A stretch of DNA of 64,000 nucleotides. Origin: Escherichia phage ECML-134. This document shows, piece by piece, positions 35,551-46,086 of the stretch; the first letter of the stretch is position 1; each line of letters begins with the position of its first letter. Made by a program: the position numbers and the translations under genes. The notes below the pieces were generated by a model. It was not told the origin of the DNA. It worked only from the letters and a program-made list of their open reading frames with translations, and did not search any database. The stretch lies in the sequence record JX128259; one strand, 5' to 3'.

Positions 35551-36024
35551 TTATTTGATTTGTTTAGCAGACCAAATGCGGTCTTTAATAATTTTTTGGA
35601 TGTCTTCAACATACTCAAGAGAGTGAGCATGTGGGTTATCTTTGAAACTATAAGCACGAGCTAGCTTTTGACCTTCGGTTTTGATTACTAAAAGCTCTTT
35701 AAGGATAGCTTCATATTTAGCGATAATTCCTTTAACGATATTTTTTTCTTGTGCAGCTTTAGGATCTGCTTTAGGAGCAGGTTTACCCGAAGCCTTTGCA
35801 AAAGCAGCGCCAGTAGCAACTAGACTTTTCCAGGCCATACTAACCGCATTTCCTGTAAATCCTTCTGCTTTCATGTCACGAGCAAATTGGAATCGCGATT
35901 CGTCAGAAGCATCTTTATAAGAATATTTACCCGCTGCAATGGCTGCTTTTGCGACAGCTTGAATTTCGGTGCTAGATGCTTCATTTAACACCGCTTCATT
36001 TAAAAATTGAGTATATGATTTCAT
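35551..36024 (-). CDS. Internal-protein-like capsid-targeted protein
   Basis: N-terminal MKSYTQFLNEA; 157 aa; late-promoter motif and terminator upstream. Confidence 0.55.
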   Translation of the reverse strand: MKSYTQFLNEAVLNEASSTEIQAVAKAAIAAGKYSYKDASDESRFQFARDMKAEGFTGNAVSMAWKSLVATGAAFAKASGKPAPKADPKAAQEKNIVKGIIAKYEAILKELLVIKTEGQKLARAYSFKDNPHAHSLEYVEDIQKIIKDRIWSAKQIK

Positions 36025-36064
36025 CTTATTTCCTGTTTTAATTCGTGGATTTAATATACTACTA

Positions 36065-36072
36065 TATTTATA
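36065..36072 (-). promoter_or_regulatory. Late promoter motif upstream of internal-protein-like gene
   Basis: Reverse-strand TATAAATA about 40 nt upstream of start at 36024. Confidence 0.5.
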
Positions 36073-36079
36073 CCAAAAA

Positions 36080-36102
36080 GCCCCAACCTTTCGGTCGGGG
36101 CT
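36080..36102 (-). terminator. Intrinsic terminator closing the tRNA/stable-RNA unit
   Basis: Reverse strand hairpin GCCCCGACC-gaaa-GGTTGGGGC followed by TTTTT; near-duplicate of 35519-35541. Confidence 0.55.
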
Positions 36103-36150
36103 AAGCCTTGCGGCAACCTTGTCGGGGTTCCACCTGCTAAGGCAAGTGTT

Positions 36151-36245
36151 TGTACGAAACGCCGGGATTCGAACCCGGTTATTAAGTAGTTGACGCTACT
36201 CAATATTTTTAAAAGGCCATATCTCGACCATATCCGAACGTTCCG
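36151..36245 (-). ncRNA. tRNA-like stable RNA candidate (non-canonical; possibly a T4 RNA C/D analogue)
   Basis: Reverse strand has a canonical T-arm CCGGGTTCGAATCCCGG and a 7-bp acceptor-like helix CGGAACG/CGTTTCG, but no standard D or anticodon arm. Confidence 0.3.
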
Positions 36246-36249
36246 TCAA

Positions 36250-36418
36250 AAACGCTACTCGGCTTATGGCAAAGATATTTCCTCGAATCGATAATTCGGT
36301 GCGCCGTTTCTGCTGTGATATAAGGGGGCATTAACAAAACATAAAGATTTATTAATGCCAGTCCTTAAACAGGGAACATCAGTCCGACGACTTGCCGGTA
36401 GCGACCCGGCTTCTTGTC
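36250..36418 (-). ncRNA. Possible second structured stable RNA between tRNA-Arg and the terminator
   Basis: No ORF; hairpins cgaatcgataattcg and gccggtagcgacccggc; co-transcribed position. Confidence 0.15.
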
Positions 36419-36494
36419 TGGTCGAGGCAGTAGGGATCGAACCTACGACCCAGGACTTAGAAGGTCCTTGCTCTTCCTTCTGAGCTATGCCTCG
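36419..36494 (-). tRNA. tRNA-Arg (anticodon UCU)
   Basis: Manual fold of reverse strand: acceptor CGAGGCA/TGCCTCG, D-stem GCTC/GAGC, anticodon stem AGGAC/GTCCT with loop CTTCTAA, T-arm GTAGG-TTCGATC-CCTAC, encoded CCA. Confidence 0.8.
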
Positions 36495-36498
36495 TATT

Positions 36499-36573
36499 TG
36501 GCGGACGTGATAGGATTCGAACCTATAACCAATCGCTTAACAGGCGATCGCTCTGCCATTGAGCTACACATCC
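36499..36573 (-). tRNA. tRNA-Asn (anticodon GUU)
   Basis: Manual fold: acceptor GGATGTG/CACGTCC, anticodon stem ATCGC/GCGAT with loop CTGTTAA, T-loop GGTTCGAATCC, encoded CCA. Confidence 0.75.
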
Positions 36574-36577
36574 AAAT

Positions 36578-36664
36578 TGGTGGGGAGTGGTGGAGTCGAA
36601 CCACCCGAGTCGCAATGACAATGGATTTACAGTCCACACCGCTACCTCTACGGGATAACTCCCC
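36578..36664 (-). tRNA. tRNA-Tyr (anticodon GUA), class II with long variable arm
   Basis: Manual fold: acceptor GGGGAGT/ACTCCCC, anticodon stem GTGGA/TCCAT with loop CTGTAAA, T-arm GGTGG-TTCGACT-CCACC, 87 nt, encoded CCA. Confidence 0.7.
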
Positions 36665-36673
36665 AAATTAATT

Positions 36674-36748
36674 TGGTGGCCCTGGGTGGAATTGAACCAC
36701 CATCTGGCGATTATGAGTCGCTTGCTTGAACCTTCCAGCTACAGGGCC
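36674..36748 (-). tRNA. tRNA-Ile/Met (anticodon CAU)
   Basis: Manual fold: acceptor GGCCCTG/CAGGGCC, anticodon loop CTCATAA, T-loop GGTTCAATTCC; one nt from tRNA-Thr (Thr-Ile dimer as in T4). Confidence 0.75.
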
Positions 36749-36749
36749 T

Positions 36750-36825
36750 TGGTGCTGATTGACGGAATCGAACCGCCGACCTTCTCATTACAAGTGAGTT
36801 GCTCTACCTACTGAGCTAAATCAGC
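36750..36825 (-). tRNA. tRNA-Thr (anticodon UGU)
   Basis: Manual fold: acceptor GCTGATT/AATCAGC, D-arm AGCTCAGTAGGTAGAGC, anticodon loop CTTGTAA, T-loop GGTTCGATTCC, encoded CCA. Confidence 0.8.
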
Positions 36826-36830
36826 AAAAC

Positions 36831-36920
36831 TGGCGGAGGCGATAGGATTTGAACCTATGAGTCGCCGGAGCGACTTCCGGTTTTCAAGACCGGTGCATTA
36901 AACCACTCTGCCACGCCTCC
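36831..36920 (-). tRNA. tRNA-Ser (anticodon UGA), class II
   Basis: Manual fold: acceptor GGAGGCG/CGCCTCC, anticodon stem CCGGT/ACCGG with loop CTTGAAA, long variable arm, 90 nt, encoded CCA. Confidence 0.8.
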
Positions 36921-36926
36921 AAATAT

Positions 36927-37535
36927 TTATATATTGTTAATTTGATTTAGAATTCTTTTTGCTTGAGTATGACTTACGCCAATATGCTTAGCATATTTAG
37001 ATAATTCACCACGTTTAGAAAAATCATATAATTTAGAAATTTCTATTCTTCTTTTTCTTTCATCCGCAGAAACTTTTGCTTCGTTTGCTTTTGCTATTTT
37101 ACGTTTAGCTTCTTGAGAATGAGTTTTACCAGCAAAGCCATTCTTCATTAATCCATTTGAAGACCATCCTTTTAATTTTCCGTTAGAATGTGCCTTTTTA
37201 ACACCCAATGAAATTAATTCGCGTTGCTGGTCTGTCATAGGATAATTATTTATATGATCCCATCCACCTTCACCGCCAAGTTTTAAATTATACACATCTG
37301 GTCTATTTAAAAACTCTTCTGTAACAATATTTTTCTCGGCTTTAAGCATAGATTCTTTATCATCAAAATACTCTAATATTTCTTTAGAAAAATTTTCTAT
37401 GCCATACTTATCTTGGGCTCTTTTTAATAATTTACCAGAACCCATATATCCATCATCTAAATTTTCGGTAGAATGCACACCAATATAAATTTTATTATTA
37501 ATTTTATTTGTTATTTTATAAAGATAAAAATGCAT
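36927..37535 (-). CDS. segB: GIY-YIG homing endonuclease SegB-like, embedded in the tRNA cluster
   Basis: GIY-YIG motifs FYLYKITNKINNKIYIGVH...YMGSG near the N-terminus; start MHFYLYK after aggga RBS; between tRNA-Gly and tRNA-Ser. Confidence 0.8.
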   Translation of the reverse strand: MHFYLYKITNKINNKIYIGVHSTENLDDGYMGSGKLLKRAQDKYGIENFSKEILEYFDDKESMLKAEKNIVTEEFLNRPDVYNLKLGGEGGWDHINNYPMTDQQRELISLGVKKAHSNGKLKGWSSNGLMKNGFAGKTHSQEAKRKIAKANEAKVSADERKRRIEISKLYDFSKRGELSKYAKHIGVSHTQAKRILNQINNI

Positions 37536-37581
37536 ATCAGTCCCTAATAAAGAACTGAGCGTCTCACGACGAGTCATAAAT

Positions 37582-37655
<74 letters not shown>

Positions 37656-37660
37656 AAATT

Positions 37661-37747
37661 TGGTGCGAGAAGTGGGACTCGAACCCACAAGGAAATCATT
37701 CCGCAGCATTTTAAGTGCTGTGCCTTTACCAATTTGACCATTCTCGC
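37661..37747 (-). tRNA. tRNA-Leu (anticodon UAA), class II
   Basis: Manual fold: acceptor GCGAGAA/TTCTCGC, anticodon stem CAGCA/TGCTG with loop CTTAAAA, long variable arm, 87 nt, encoded CCA. Confidence 0.8.
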
Positions 37748-37748
37748 G

Positions 37749-37821
37749 CTGGGAATAAAGGACTCGAACCTTTGCATCCTGGAATCAAAATCCAGTGCCT
37801 TACCAACTTGGCTAATTCCCA
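37749..37821 (-). tRNA. tRNA-Gln (anticodon UUG), CCA not encoded; two nt from tRNA-Leu (Gln-Leu dimer)
   Basis: Manual fold: acceptor TGGGAAT/ATTCCCA, anticodon stem CTGGA/TCCAG with loop TTTTGAT, T-loop GGTTCGAGTCC. Confidence 0.75.
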
Positions 37822-37918
37822 ATTATTAACAAAGGCTCTCTAACAAGAACCCTTGATGATAGAGGGTATTAATCAGTGCGGTATGAGTTAATAATAACAA
37901 ATAATTCTTAAAGCATAT

Positions 37919-38206
37919 TTACCATTTATGATAATACGTATTTACGATACATTCAAGACTTAAAGGATTCTTGAAAATATCATATTCAAGAGGACCTTTT
38001 TCTGTTTCAATAAAGAAATCAAAATTTACTGTATTAAATTTACGGTCTTCCTTCACTAATTTAACCTGAGAAGATGAACGGTCAATGTAAACCTTTTCAA
38101 CTTCAAAACATGTTAAAATGCCATAATCATCAATCAAGGCTTTAGCTGCTTCTTGATCATATTTATATCCATTTTCAACGGATGATACTTTCGCATAAAG
38201 AATCAT
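37919..38206 (-). CDS. Hypothetical protein
   Basis: 95 aa ORF downstream of the tRNA cluster. Confidence 0.45.
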   Translation of the reverse strand: MILYAKVSSVENGYKYDQEAAKALIDDYGILTCFEVEKVYIDRSSSQVKLVKEDRKFNTVNFDFFIETEKGPLEYDIFKNPLSLECIVNTYYHKW

Positions 38207-38208
38207 TA

Positions 38209-38592
38209 TCAGCCTTCATCAACAATAGTATGAGTATGGGCATTTACGATTTGCCACCAATCAAAGCGATTAGAACCATACATCGGTTTGTTTTCATTTT
38301 CTTTGATAATATCACGGAGTTCATCTTCGGTAGCGGCTTTCGCGATTAAATCAGCATATCCACCACGAGGATAATAATTATCACCTGCAAAAAGTAAAAA
38401 ATTTGGTGTAATATTATTGAACTCTTCAAGAGTAATAACTGTTCCTGATGGTAGTTGAACAATCTCTACATAGTTATATCCTAATTTTTGAGCAGCATCT
38501 ACTGCTTCAAGCAGAGTATCATGAGCCCGTCCTATTTGGCAATTTGGCTTTTTAGATGGATTAGCCTGATAATCCGCGTACACTTTATACAT
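38209..38592 (-). CDS. Hypothetical protein
   Basis: Start at MYKVYADYQ; about 127 aa. Confidence 0.45.
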   Translation of the reverse strand: MYKVYADYQANPSKKPNCQIGRAHDTLLEAVDAAQKLGYNYVEIVQLPSGTVITLEEFNNITPNFLLFAGDNYYPRGGYADLIAKAATEDELRDIIKENENKPMYGSNRFDWWQIVNAHTHTIVDEG

Positions 38593-38593
38593 T

Positions 38594-38779
38594 CTATTCA
38601 CCTTTAGAAATTTTATCCATAGCAATAGCAATTAAACCAATTAAAAATGCTACTACAAGTGAAAACACATTTTCTGCTGTAGTTAATAATCCGCATATAA
38701 ATCCAACAAACATTGAAAAACTAAAAGCGGAAGCAGAAATTGCAATAGCAACATTTCGAATTAATTCACAGCGTTTCAT
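38594..38779 (-). CDS. Small hydrophobic membrane peptide
   Basis: 61 aa; two hydrophobic helices; early promoter with stem-loop at 38800-38842. Confidence 0.45.
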   Translation of the reverse strand: MKRCELIRNVAIAISASAFSFSMFVGFICGLLTTAENVFSLVVAFLIGLIAIAMDKISKGE

Positions 38780-38799
38780 TTTATTCTCCTCAGTAGTTG

Positions 38800-38842
38800 A
38801 TAGGGTAATAGTATCACTACCCTATCTAAAAGTAAACTTATT
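38800..38842 (-). promoter_or_regulatory. Early promoter with perfect stem-loop
   Basis: gatagggta-atagtatcac-taccctatc hairpin around the -10; gtaaac at 38832-38837. Confidence 0.5.
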
Positions 38843-39071
38843 TTTTACGAAAAATTGATTTATTTTCTGCTGCCCATTTTTCAATAACTGCAGCAGGACC
38901 AGTAACAACAATTTTATCACCGTAATCTTCTGCAGCGAGTTGACCGAAATTATCTAATGCATCACGAAGAACTCCATGAGGCATTTCGCCCATTTTATCT
39001 TTCTTGCCAATGTAAATAAACTCAACTTTTACATCAGCAGCTTCAGCAATAAATTCTTGATACGTTTTCAT
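38838..39071 (-). CDS. Internal-protein-like capsid-targeted protein (ipI position)
   Basis: Start MKTYQEFIAEA (exact T4 targeting sequence) after ggagaataaa RBS; about 77 aa. Confidence 0.6.
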   Translation of the reverse strand: MKTYQEFIAEAADVKVEFIYIGKKDKMGEMPHGVLRDALDNFGQLAAEDYGDKIVVTGPAAVIEKWAAENKSIFRKK

Positions 39072-39119
39072 TTTATTCTCCAATTTCACATTTGTTTTGA
39101 TAGGGTAATAGTATCACTA
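39065..39119 (-). repeat. Promoter-leader cassette, copy B
   Basis: See copy A; includes RBS, start codon and -10 region of the downstream gene. Confidence 0.7.
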
Positions 39120-39150
39120 CTAAAACCCCGTGTAAACAACTTTGTGAAAT
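39100..39150 (-). promoter_or_regulatory. Early promoter upstream of the ipI-position gene
   Basis: tgtaaaca at 39131-39138; gatagggtaatagtatcactac -10 region; A/T-rich upstream element. Confidence 0.5.
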
Positions 39151-39156
39151 TGTTTA

Positions 39157-39447
39157 TTACAAAAGATTTTTAGCAATAATCTTGAGATGTGCTGCAGAAA
39201 TGTGTTTAGCTTTAAACAACGCAGTTTCTTCGGCAGGAGAGATAACGATTGTAGCACCATCCTTTTTAGCAGACCACCCATCACCTAGGTAAACAGTACC
39301 TTTGATTTCTTCGCCATCAACCAGACTAATCATTGGTTTACCTTCTCGTCCTTTATTTGCTTTAATAACTTCAGAAGTAAGAGTAGCTTCGGTAATGGTA
39401 GAAACCGGGGTAGTTGTAGTAGAAGTAAATTCTTTAAATGTTTTCAT
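39157..39447 (-). CDS. Hypothetical protein with degenerate internal-protein-like N-terminus
   Basis: 96 aa; MKTFKEFTSTTTTP...; early promoter with perfect stem-loop at 39470-39520. Confidence 0.5.
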   Translation of the reverse strand: MKTFKEFTSTTTTPVSTITEATLTSEVIKANKGREGKPMISLVDGEEIKGTVYLGDGWSAKKDGATIVISPAEETALFKAKHISAAHLKIIAKNLL

Positions 39448-39469
39448 TTTTATTTTCCTAATTAATTTT

Positions 39470-39520
39470 GATGAGGTAATAGTATCACTACCTCATCAGT
39501 ATGTAAACAACTTTGTGAAA
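39470..39520 (-). promoter_or_regulatory. Early promoter with perfect stem-loop
   Basis: gatgaggta-atagtatcac-tacctcatc hairpin; tgtaaaca at 39502-39509. Confidence 0.5.
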
Positions 39521-40217
<697 letters not shown>

Positions 40218-40218
<1 letters not shown>

Positions 40219-40943
40219 TATAGTACCTTTAGTGTATTTTTAATTTTAGAAAAAAGTTCTTCAAGAGAACCATCGTTTGTAATTACTAAATCGCCATCAC
40301 GAATTGGCAATCCAGCTTCTGTAATATGTGTATCATTGGATTTTTGACCAGGACGAACTACATGAATTACTGTAGCACCCATCGCCCTAGCCGCATCCAT
40401 TTCATGATCTTGACGGGTATCAGGAACGATATAATAATCATAACCTGAGTTAAATTTATCAAGATAATCTAAAGCAAATAATTTTACCCAGTACATGCGG
40501 TCGAAGTTATTAACAATCAAATCCGTACCTAGGGCTTGCATCAGACGACGGACTGACCATTGATCTTCAATATTATTTATAACGTCAGTAATTTTGTTAA
40601 ATGCTACGAAATTAACTGATTCTTTTCCTTCGTCATCAAAAACAAACACACCTTTAATTGGGCTTTTACCATTAAGATAGCAAAATGCTTGTTCCATAAT
40701 CGTGATTACTTCTAATTTAGTCAGATTTAAATTAGTCTCACGATCATAGTCAATTCCTTCAAACTCTTTACGAGTTAAGCAAGGATAGTCAGTGTTTGCT
40801 GCAAATACTCCCCATGCATAAGCCAATGCATCCTTAATAGGACCAGCAAGTTGGTATTTAACTGCAGAATAATTGCTCATGATAAAATCGGCAGTAGTAT
40901 CTTTTCCACTACGCTTTACACCGCTTAAAAAGATTAGTTTCAT
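40218..40943 (-). CDS. 1: Deoxynucleoside monophosphate kinase gp1
   Basis: Start MKLIFLSGVKRSGKDTTADF (P-loop) gives 241 aa, matching T4 gp1. Confidence 0.85.
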
Positions 40944-40992
40944 GTGTTTCTCCTCAAATTTAATTAAGATTATAACACACAAAACTGAAGCA

Positions 40993-41523
40993 TTAAACTT
41001 CTGCTATAATTTTTCCATCTTTTTCTACTTGAAAATAGGTGTAAGGAATCGTAGCTGTACATACTAAAGCCGGGTCTGAATCTTCCGTATAGCTAAATTC
41101 TACTTCAGATAGGTCAGAAACCCAAGGCTTATAAAAATTTATTGACATCACGATTTCAGTTTTGCTATTATCTAAGATGTAAAGCGTAATGTACTCAGGA
41201 CCTGTTTTTTGGGCAGTATTTTCACCTGTAAGATAGTTGCTAGTTCCTAGCATCCATTCATACATTCCTATCCATGACTTAAGTTCTTCATCAACTATAA
41301 ATCTCACAATGAGTGGATCGTACTCAAATGTAGCACCCGGTCGTTGTGCTCGACCTAGTCCAAACGGCCCAGTCACGGTATCAGTAACAGGTATTCTAAT
41401 TCCCGGAATAGGAACTGACTGAGCATTTAAAGTAAAAGCAGATGTAGTATTACTATGTGGTATTGATACTACAAAGTTAGTTGTATTTGCTTGGTTAAAA
41501 ATTTGTTGCAGAGCTTGCGACAT
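40993..41523 (-). CDS. 3: Tail completion / sheath stabiliser gp3
   Basis: Start MSQALQQIF gives 176 aa, matching T4 gp3. Confidence 0.8.
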   Translation of the reverse strand: MSQALQQIFNQANTTNFVVSIPHSNTTSAFTLNAQSVPIPGIRIPVTDTVTGPFGLGRAQRPGATFEYDPLIVRFIVDEELKSWIGMYEWMLGTSNYLTGENTAQKTGPEYITLYILDNSKTEIVMSINFYKPWVSDLSEVEFSYTEDSDPALVCTATIPYTYFQVEKDGKIIAEV

Positions 41524-41629
41524 ATATTCCTCATAATGCTTTATAATTGTTGGTGGTATAATGGGTCTAAGTCCCTTCCATTCAATTCCATTTAGAACAA
41601 ACAACAGAAAAGAATGGAAGATAATAGAA

Positions 41630-42454
41630 TTAGATATTTGACCAGACTTTGTTTGCAGAGAAACGTTTTCCTTTTGAAACGAACTGCTGAAGTGGCATCA
41701 ACACAACGTTCGCCCAGTCTTTCGGGGCGATTTCAACAAGGCTACCCATAATATTACCAGGTATATATGCCTTAATCATTTGGTCTGCACCCCTAAATCC
41801 TTTCACTTGACTCCAATCAATTTTTAATTTCGTTTTATTAGTAATAGTAGGTGTATTTGCATATTGCTTTAAAAGCTCTTCTAGAAACTGTTGACGAGCT
41901 TTAGGTGGAATATAGTGCAAGTTTAATCCGTACATTAAATTATGCTTACCTAAACCAAGGTAAATTATCAAAGGAAATTTATCCCAGTAAGGAAGAGTTT
42001 CCTTGCGTTTAGCATCATAAGCAAAAGCATATATTCGTCCCGGCTGCGGGCGAACAACTTTATGTCCTTTTACTTGCTTAATAGTTTCAGCAAACCATTT
42101 TCTGGTTTTATTATTAATTGCTGCACCTTCATTACGAATTTTATCGCGCAATGTTTGTCTGAATGAATTTATCATAAGCAGTTGTCTTTCTTGCTTATTG
42201 AGTTTATTCATTGGTTTTGATTCAAGCTTTTGAATCTTTTCAGCTGTTTTAATTCCTGAAGCATATTTTGACATTGCCGAAGTAAACGTAGAATATTTAA
42301 TTCCTCTTTCTTCAGCAAATTGCTTTCCTGTCATTCCTTTTGCTTTGGCCTTTTTGTATTCAAGACCTATCTGAATCCATTTCTTTTCGTTTAATGATTG
42401 CTTAACCTTTGGAACTTGGGGAGTGCTTTCATTAATTATTTGAAAAATAGCCAT
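41630..42454 (-). CDS. 2: DNA end protector gp2
   Basis: 274 aa, basic; position between genes 3 and 4; matches T4 gp2 length. Confidence 0.85.
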   Translation of the reverse strand: MAIFQIINESTPQVPKVKQSLNEKKWIQIGLEYKKAKAKGMTGKQFAEERGIKYSTFTSAMSKYASGIKTAEKIQKLESKPMNKLNKQERQLLMINSFRQTLRDKIRNEGAAINNKTRKWFAETIKQVKGHKVVRPQPGRIYAFAYDAKRKETLPYWDKFPLIIYLGLGKHNLMYGLNLHYIPPKARQQFLEELLKQYANTPTITNKTKLKIDWSQVKGFRGADQMIKAYIPGNIMGSLVEIAPKDWANVVLMPLQQFVSKGKRFSANKVWSNI

Positions 42455-42906
42455 TATGCCCCCTTAAAGCCAAGAGCTCGTAATCCATCTTCTGTTAGAA
42501 TTCTAAATTTTATTCCACGCTTTTCAGCTAAAGATTGCGCTGCTTTCCATTTGTCAGTATTAACTGAATATGTATAAATTTCATTCATAAATCTTTTCTT
42601 CGCTGCGGTTGTTAGATGTGCTGGTTTAACCGGTGGTTGTGTTTCTTTTTTAGGTTTTATTTCAATAAAAAATTCTTGTCCAGAAGAATCTTTCATCCAA
42701 ATATCCATGAAGTATCTACGTTTTTTCCCTTCTGCATTACAAAAATAAGGAATTACTGCTGTTTCACTACCCCATGCAATAATTTCTGGATTTTTATCTA
42801 ACCATTCAAAAAAGAATTTTTCCCAATTTGATCTATACGTAATTTTTTTAGGGTCACCTCTATACTTTGATATATTTTTAGGAACCCATTTTCCAGAATA
42901 TGCCAT
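42454..42906 (-). CDS. 4: Head completion protein gp4
   Basis: 150 aa; 1-nt overlap with gene 2; late promoter motif upstream. Confidence 0.85.
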   Translation of the reverse strand: MAYSGKWVPKNISKYRGDPKKITYRSNWEKFFFEWLDKNPEIIAWGSETAVIPYFCNAEGKKRRYFMDIWMKDSSGQEFFIEIKPKKETQPPVKPAHLTTAAKKRFMNEIYTYSVNTDKWKAAQSLAEKRGIKFRILTEDGLRALGFKGA

Positions 42907-42917
42907 TGGATTCTCCT

Positions 42918-42925
42918 TATAAATA
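42918..42925 (+). promoter_or_regulatory. Late promoter for gene 53
   Basis: Exact TATAAATA 29 nt upstream of the gene 53 ATG. Confidence 0.6.
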
Positions 42926-42932
42926 GATAATA

Positions 42933-42940
42933 TATTTATA
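42933..42940 (-). promoter_or_regulatory. Late promoter for gene 4 (divergent)
   Basis: Reverse-strand TATAAATA about 27 nt upstream of the gene 4 start at 42906. Confidence 0.55.
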
Positions 42941-42953
42941 AACAGGAGGGCCC

Positions 42954-43544
42954 ATGCTCTTTACATTTTTTGATCCGATTGAATATGCGGCCAAAACGGT
43001 GAATAAAAACGCGCCGACTATTCCTATGACAGATATTTTTAGAAACTATAAAGACTATTTTAAACGCGCTCTTGCGGGATACCGCTTACGTACTTATTAT
43101 ATTAAAGGTTCACCACGCCCGGAAGAATTAGCAAATACTATATATGGAAATCCACAGTTGTATTGGGTTTTATTGATGTGTAATGATAATTATGATCCAT
43201 ATTATGGATGGATTACTTCGCAAGAAGCTGCTTATCAAGCATCTATACAAAAATACAAAAATGTAGGTGGAGACCAAATAGTATATCATGTGAATGAGAA
43301 CGGTGAAAAATTTTATAATTTAATATCATACGATGACAATCCATATGTTTGGTATGACAAAGGTGATAAAGCTAGAAAATATCCTCAATATGAAGGAGCA
43401 CTTGCTGCGGTCGATACGTATGAAGCTGCTGTTCTTGAAAATGAAAAACTTCGTCAAATAAAAATAATAGCAAAATCAGACATCAATTCATTTATGAACG
43501 ACCTTATACGTATAATGGAGAAATCTTATGGAAATGATAAGTAA
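42954..43544 (+). CDS. 53: Baseplate wedge protein gp53
   Basis: 196 aa; first plus-strand late gene; late promoter TATAAATA at 42918-42925. Confidence 0.85.
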   Translation: MLFTFFDPIEYAAKTVNKNAPTIPMTDIFRNYKDYFKRALAGYRLRTYYIKGSPRPEELANTIYGNPQLYWVLLMCNDNYDPYYGWITSQEAAYQASIQKYKNVGGDQIVYHVNENGEKFYNLISYDDNPYVWYDKGDKARKYPQYEGALAAVDTYEAAVLENEKLRQIKIIAKSDINSFMNDLIRIMEKSYGNDK

Positions 43545-45255
43545 TAACCTTAATTGGTTTGTTGGTGTTGTTGAAGATAGAATGGACCCATTAAAATTAG
43601 GTCGTGTTCGTGTTCGTGTGGTTGGTTTGCATCCACCTCAAAGAGCACAAGGTGATGTAATGGGTATTCCAACTGAAAAATTACCATGGATGTCAGTTAT
43701 TCAACCTATAACTTCTGCAGCAATGTCAGGAATTGGAGGTTCTGTTACAGGACCAGTAGAAGGAACTAGAGTTTATGGTCATTTTTTAGACAAATGGAAA
43801 ACTAACGGAATTGTCCTTGGCACGTATGGTGGAATAGTTCGCGAAAAGCCTAATAGACTTGAAGGATTTTCTGACCCAACTGGGCAGTATCCTAGACGTC
43901 TAGGAAATGATACTAACGTATTAAACCAAGGCGGAGAAGTAGGATATGATTCGTCTTCTAATATTATCCAAGATAGTAATCTAGACACTGCAATAAATCC
44001 CGATGATAGACCACTATCAGAAATTCCAACTGATGATAATCCAAATATGTCAATGGCTGAAATGCTTCGCCGCGATGAAGGATTAAGACTAAAAGTTTAT
44101 TGGGATACCGAAGGATATCCGACAATTGGTATTGGTCATCTTATCATGAAGCAGCCAGTTCGTGATATGGCTCAAATTAATAAAGTTTTATCAAAACAAG
44201 TTGGTCGTGAAATTACAGGAAATCCGGGTTCTATTACAATGGAAGAAGCGACGACTTTATTTGAGCGTGATTTGGCTGATATGCAACGGGACATTAAATC
44301 ACATTCTAAAGTAGGACCAGTCTGGCAAGCTGTTAACCGTTCTCGTCAAATGGCGTTAGAAAATATGGCATTTCAGATGGGTGTTGGTGGTGTAGCTAAA
44401 TTTAACACAATGTTAACTGCTATGTTAGCAGGAGATTGGGAAAAAGCATATAAAGCCGGTCGTGATTCATTGTGGTATCAACAAACAAAAGGCCGTGCAT
44501 CCCGTGTTACCATGATTATTCTTACGGGGAATTTGGAATCATATGGTGTTGAAGTGAAAACCCCAGCTAGGTCTCTATCAGCAATGGCTGCTACTGTAGC
44601 TAAATCTTCTGACCCTGCTGACCCTCCTATTCCAAATGACTCGAGAATTTTATTCAAAGAACCAGTTTCTTCATATAAAGGTGAATATCCTTATGTGCAT
44701 ACAATGGAAACTGAAAGCGGACATATTCAGGAATTTGATGATACCCCTGGGCAAGAACGATACAGATTAGTTCATCCAACTGGAACTTATGAAGAAGTAT
44801 CACCGTCAGGAAGAAGAACAAGAAAAACTGTTGATAATTTGTATGATATAACCAACGCTGATGGTAATTTTTTGGTAGCCGGTGATAAAAAGACTAACGT
44901 CGGTGGATCAGAAATTTATTACAACATGGATAATCGTCTTCACCAGATAGATGGAAGCAATACAATATTTGTGCGTGGCGATGAAACTAAGACGGTTGAA
45001 GGTAATGGAACTATCCTAGTTAAAGGTAATGTTACTATTATAGTTGAAGGCAATGCTGACATTACAGTTAAAGGAGATGCTACCACTTTAGTTGAAGGTA
45101 ATCAGACTAATACAGTAAATGGAAATCTTTCTTGGAAAGTTGCTGGGACAGTTGATTGGGACGTTGGTGGTGATTGGACAGAAAAAATGGCATCTATGAG
45201 TTCTATTTCATCCGGTCAATACACAATTGATGGATCGAGGATTGACATTGGCTAA
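43528..45255 (+). CDS. 5: Baseplate hub / tail lysozyme gp5
   Basis: 575 aa; lysozyme domain (MAEMLRRDEGLRLKVYWDTEGYPTIGIGHL) and C-terminal beta-helix VxGxxxxxV repeats. Confidence 0.95.
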   Translation: MEMISNNLNWFVGVVEDRMDPLKLGRVRVRVVGLHPPQRAQGDVMGIPTEKLPWMSVIQPITSAAMSGIGGSVTGPVEGTRVYGHFLDKWKTNGIVLGTYGGIVREKPNRLEGFSDPTGQYPRRLGNDTNVLNQGGEVGYDSSSNIIQDSNLDTAINPDDRPLSEIPTDDNPNMSMAEMLRRDEGLRLKVYWDTEGYPTIGIGHLIMKQPVRDMAQINKVLSKQVGREITGNPGSITMEEATTLFERDLADMQRDIKSHSKVGPVWQAVNRSRQMALENMAFQMGVGGVAKFNTMLTAMLAGDWEKAYKAGRDSLWYQQTKGRASRVTMIILTGNLESYGVEVKTPARSLSAMAATVAKSSDPADPPIPNDSRILFKEPVSSYKGEYPYVHTMETESGHIQEFDDTPGQERYRLVHPTGTYEEVSPSGRRTRKTVDNLYDITNADGNFLVAGDKKTNVGGSEIYYNMDNRLHQIDGSNTIFVRGDETKTVEGNGTILVKGNVTIIVEGNADITVKGDATTLVEGNQTNTVNGNLSWKVAGTVDWDVGGDWTEKMASMSSISSGQYTIDGSRIDIG

Positions 45256-45289
45256 TATACTTCCAATGAGCGCTGATTTAGGAGAATCC

Positions 45290-45784
45290 ATGGAAGGTTC
45301 TTCTATCGACGTCACCTTTACCGCTCAATTAGAAACAGGTGAAACGTTAGTATCTATAAATATAACTAGTTATGAAGAAACTCCTGGGGTTTTAGTAGAA
45401 GAAAATCGCTTATATGGAACATATGAATCTGTATTTGGTTTCGGAAATGACGCGTTGAAATATCGTTTAGGCGATGAATTTAAAACTGCTGCTTCATGGG
45501 AAGAACTTCCTACTGATTCTGATACTCAGTTGTATTTGTGGAAAGCTCCTCAGAATCTCCAGAAGACATTCACTTACGAAGTAACATTAATATATGACTA
45601 TCAAGAACAAAGTGAATCTGGAGGTTCTGGTAGTAATTCTAGGTCATCTTCTGATACTACTGAACCGACGGATCCTCCTGCTCCAGTGAGAAAAACTCTC
45701 GTTAAAAATTATACTAAAACTATAGTTGGAAATTGGAGTCGTTGGGCTAATAAATTAAGAAGCTATGTGTATGAGAGGCCATAA
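45290..45784 (+). CDS. Baseplate-associated protein 5.1-like
   Basis: Start [10 protein letters not shown] after aggag RBS; Ser/Gly-rich linker. Confidence 0.5.
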
Positions 45785-46078
45785 ATGTCAGGATTAAGTT
45801 ATGATAAGTGTGTTACTGCTGGCCATGAAGCGTGGCCTCCAACAGTTGTGAATGCTACGCAAAGTAAAGTATTCACTGGAGGAATTGCTGTTCTCGTAGC
45901 AGGCGATCCAATTACAGAACATACAGAAATTAAAAAGCCGTATGAAACACATGGCGGAGTGACACAACCTCGAACTTCTAAGGTATATGTCACTGGAAAG
46001 AAAGCTGTTCAAATGGCTGATCCAATATCATGCGGTGATACTGTGGCTCAGGCATCATCTAAAGTATTCATTAAATAG
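45785..46078 (+). CDS. 5.4: PAAR-repeat spike-tip protein gp5.4
   Basis: 97 aa; position after gene 5 and size match T4 gp5.4. Confidence 0.75.
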
Positions 46079-46086
46079 GATTTAAA

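Noticed and set aside
43779-43988. Minus-strand 69 aa ORF
   Set aside because: Antisense inside gene 5
43980-44640. Lysozyme domain inside gene 5 as a separate endolysin gene
   Set aside because: It is in frame within the continuous 575 aa gp5 ORF, the known tail-lysozyme domain, not a separate gene
45794-46012. Minus-strand ORFs 45794..46012 and 45799..45993
   Set aside because: Antisense inside gene 5.4
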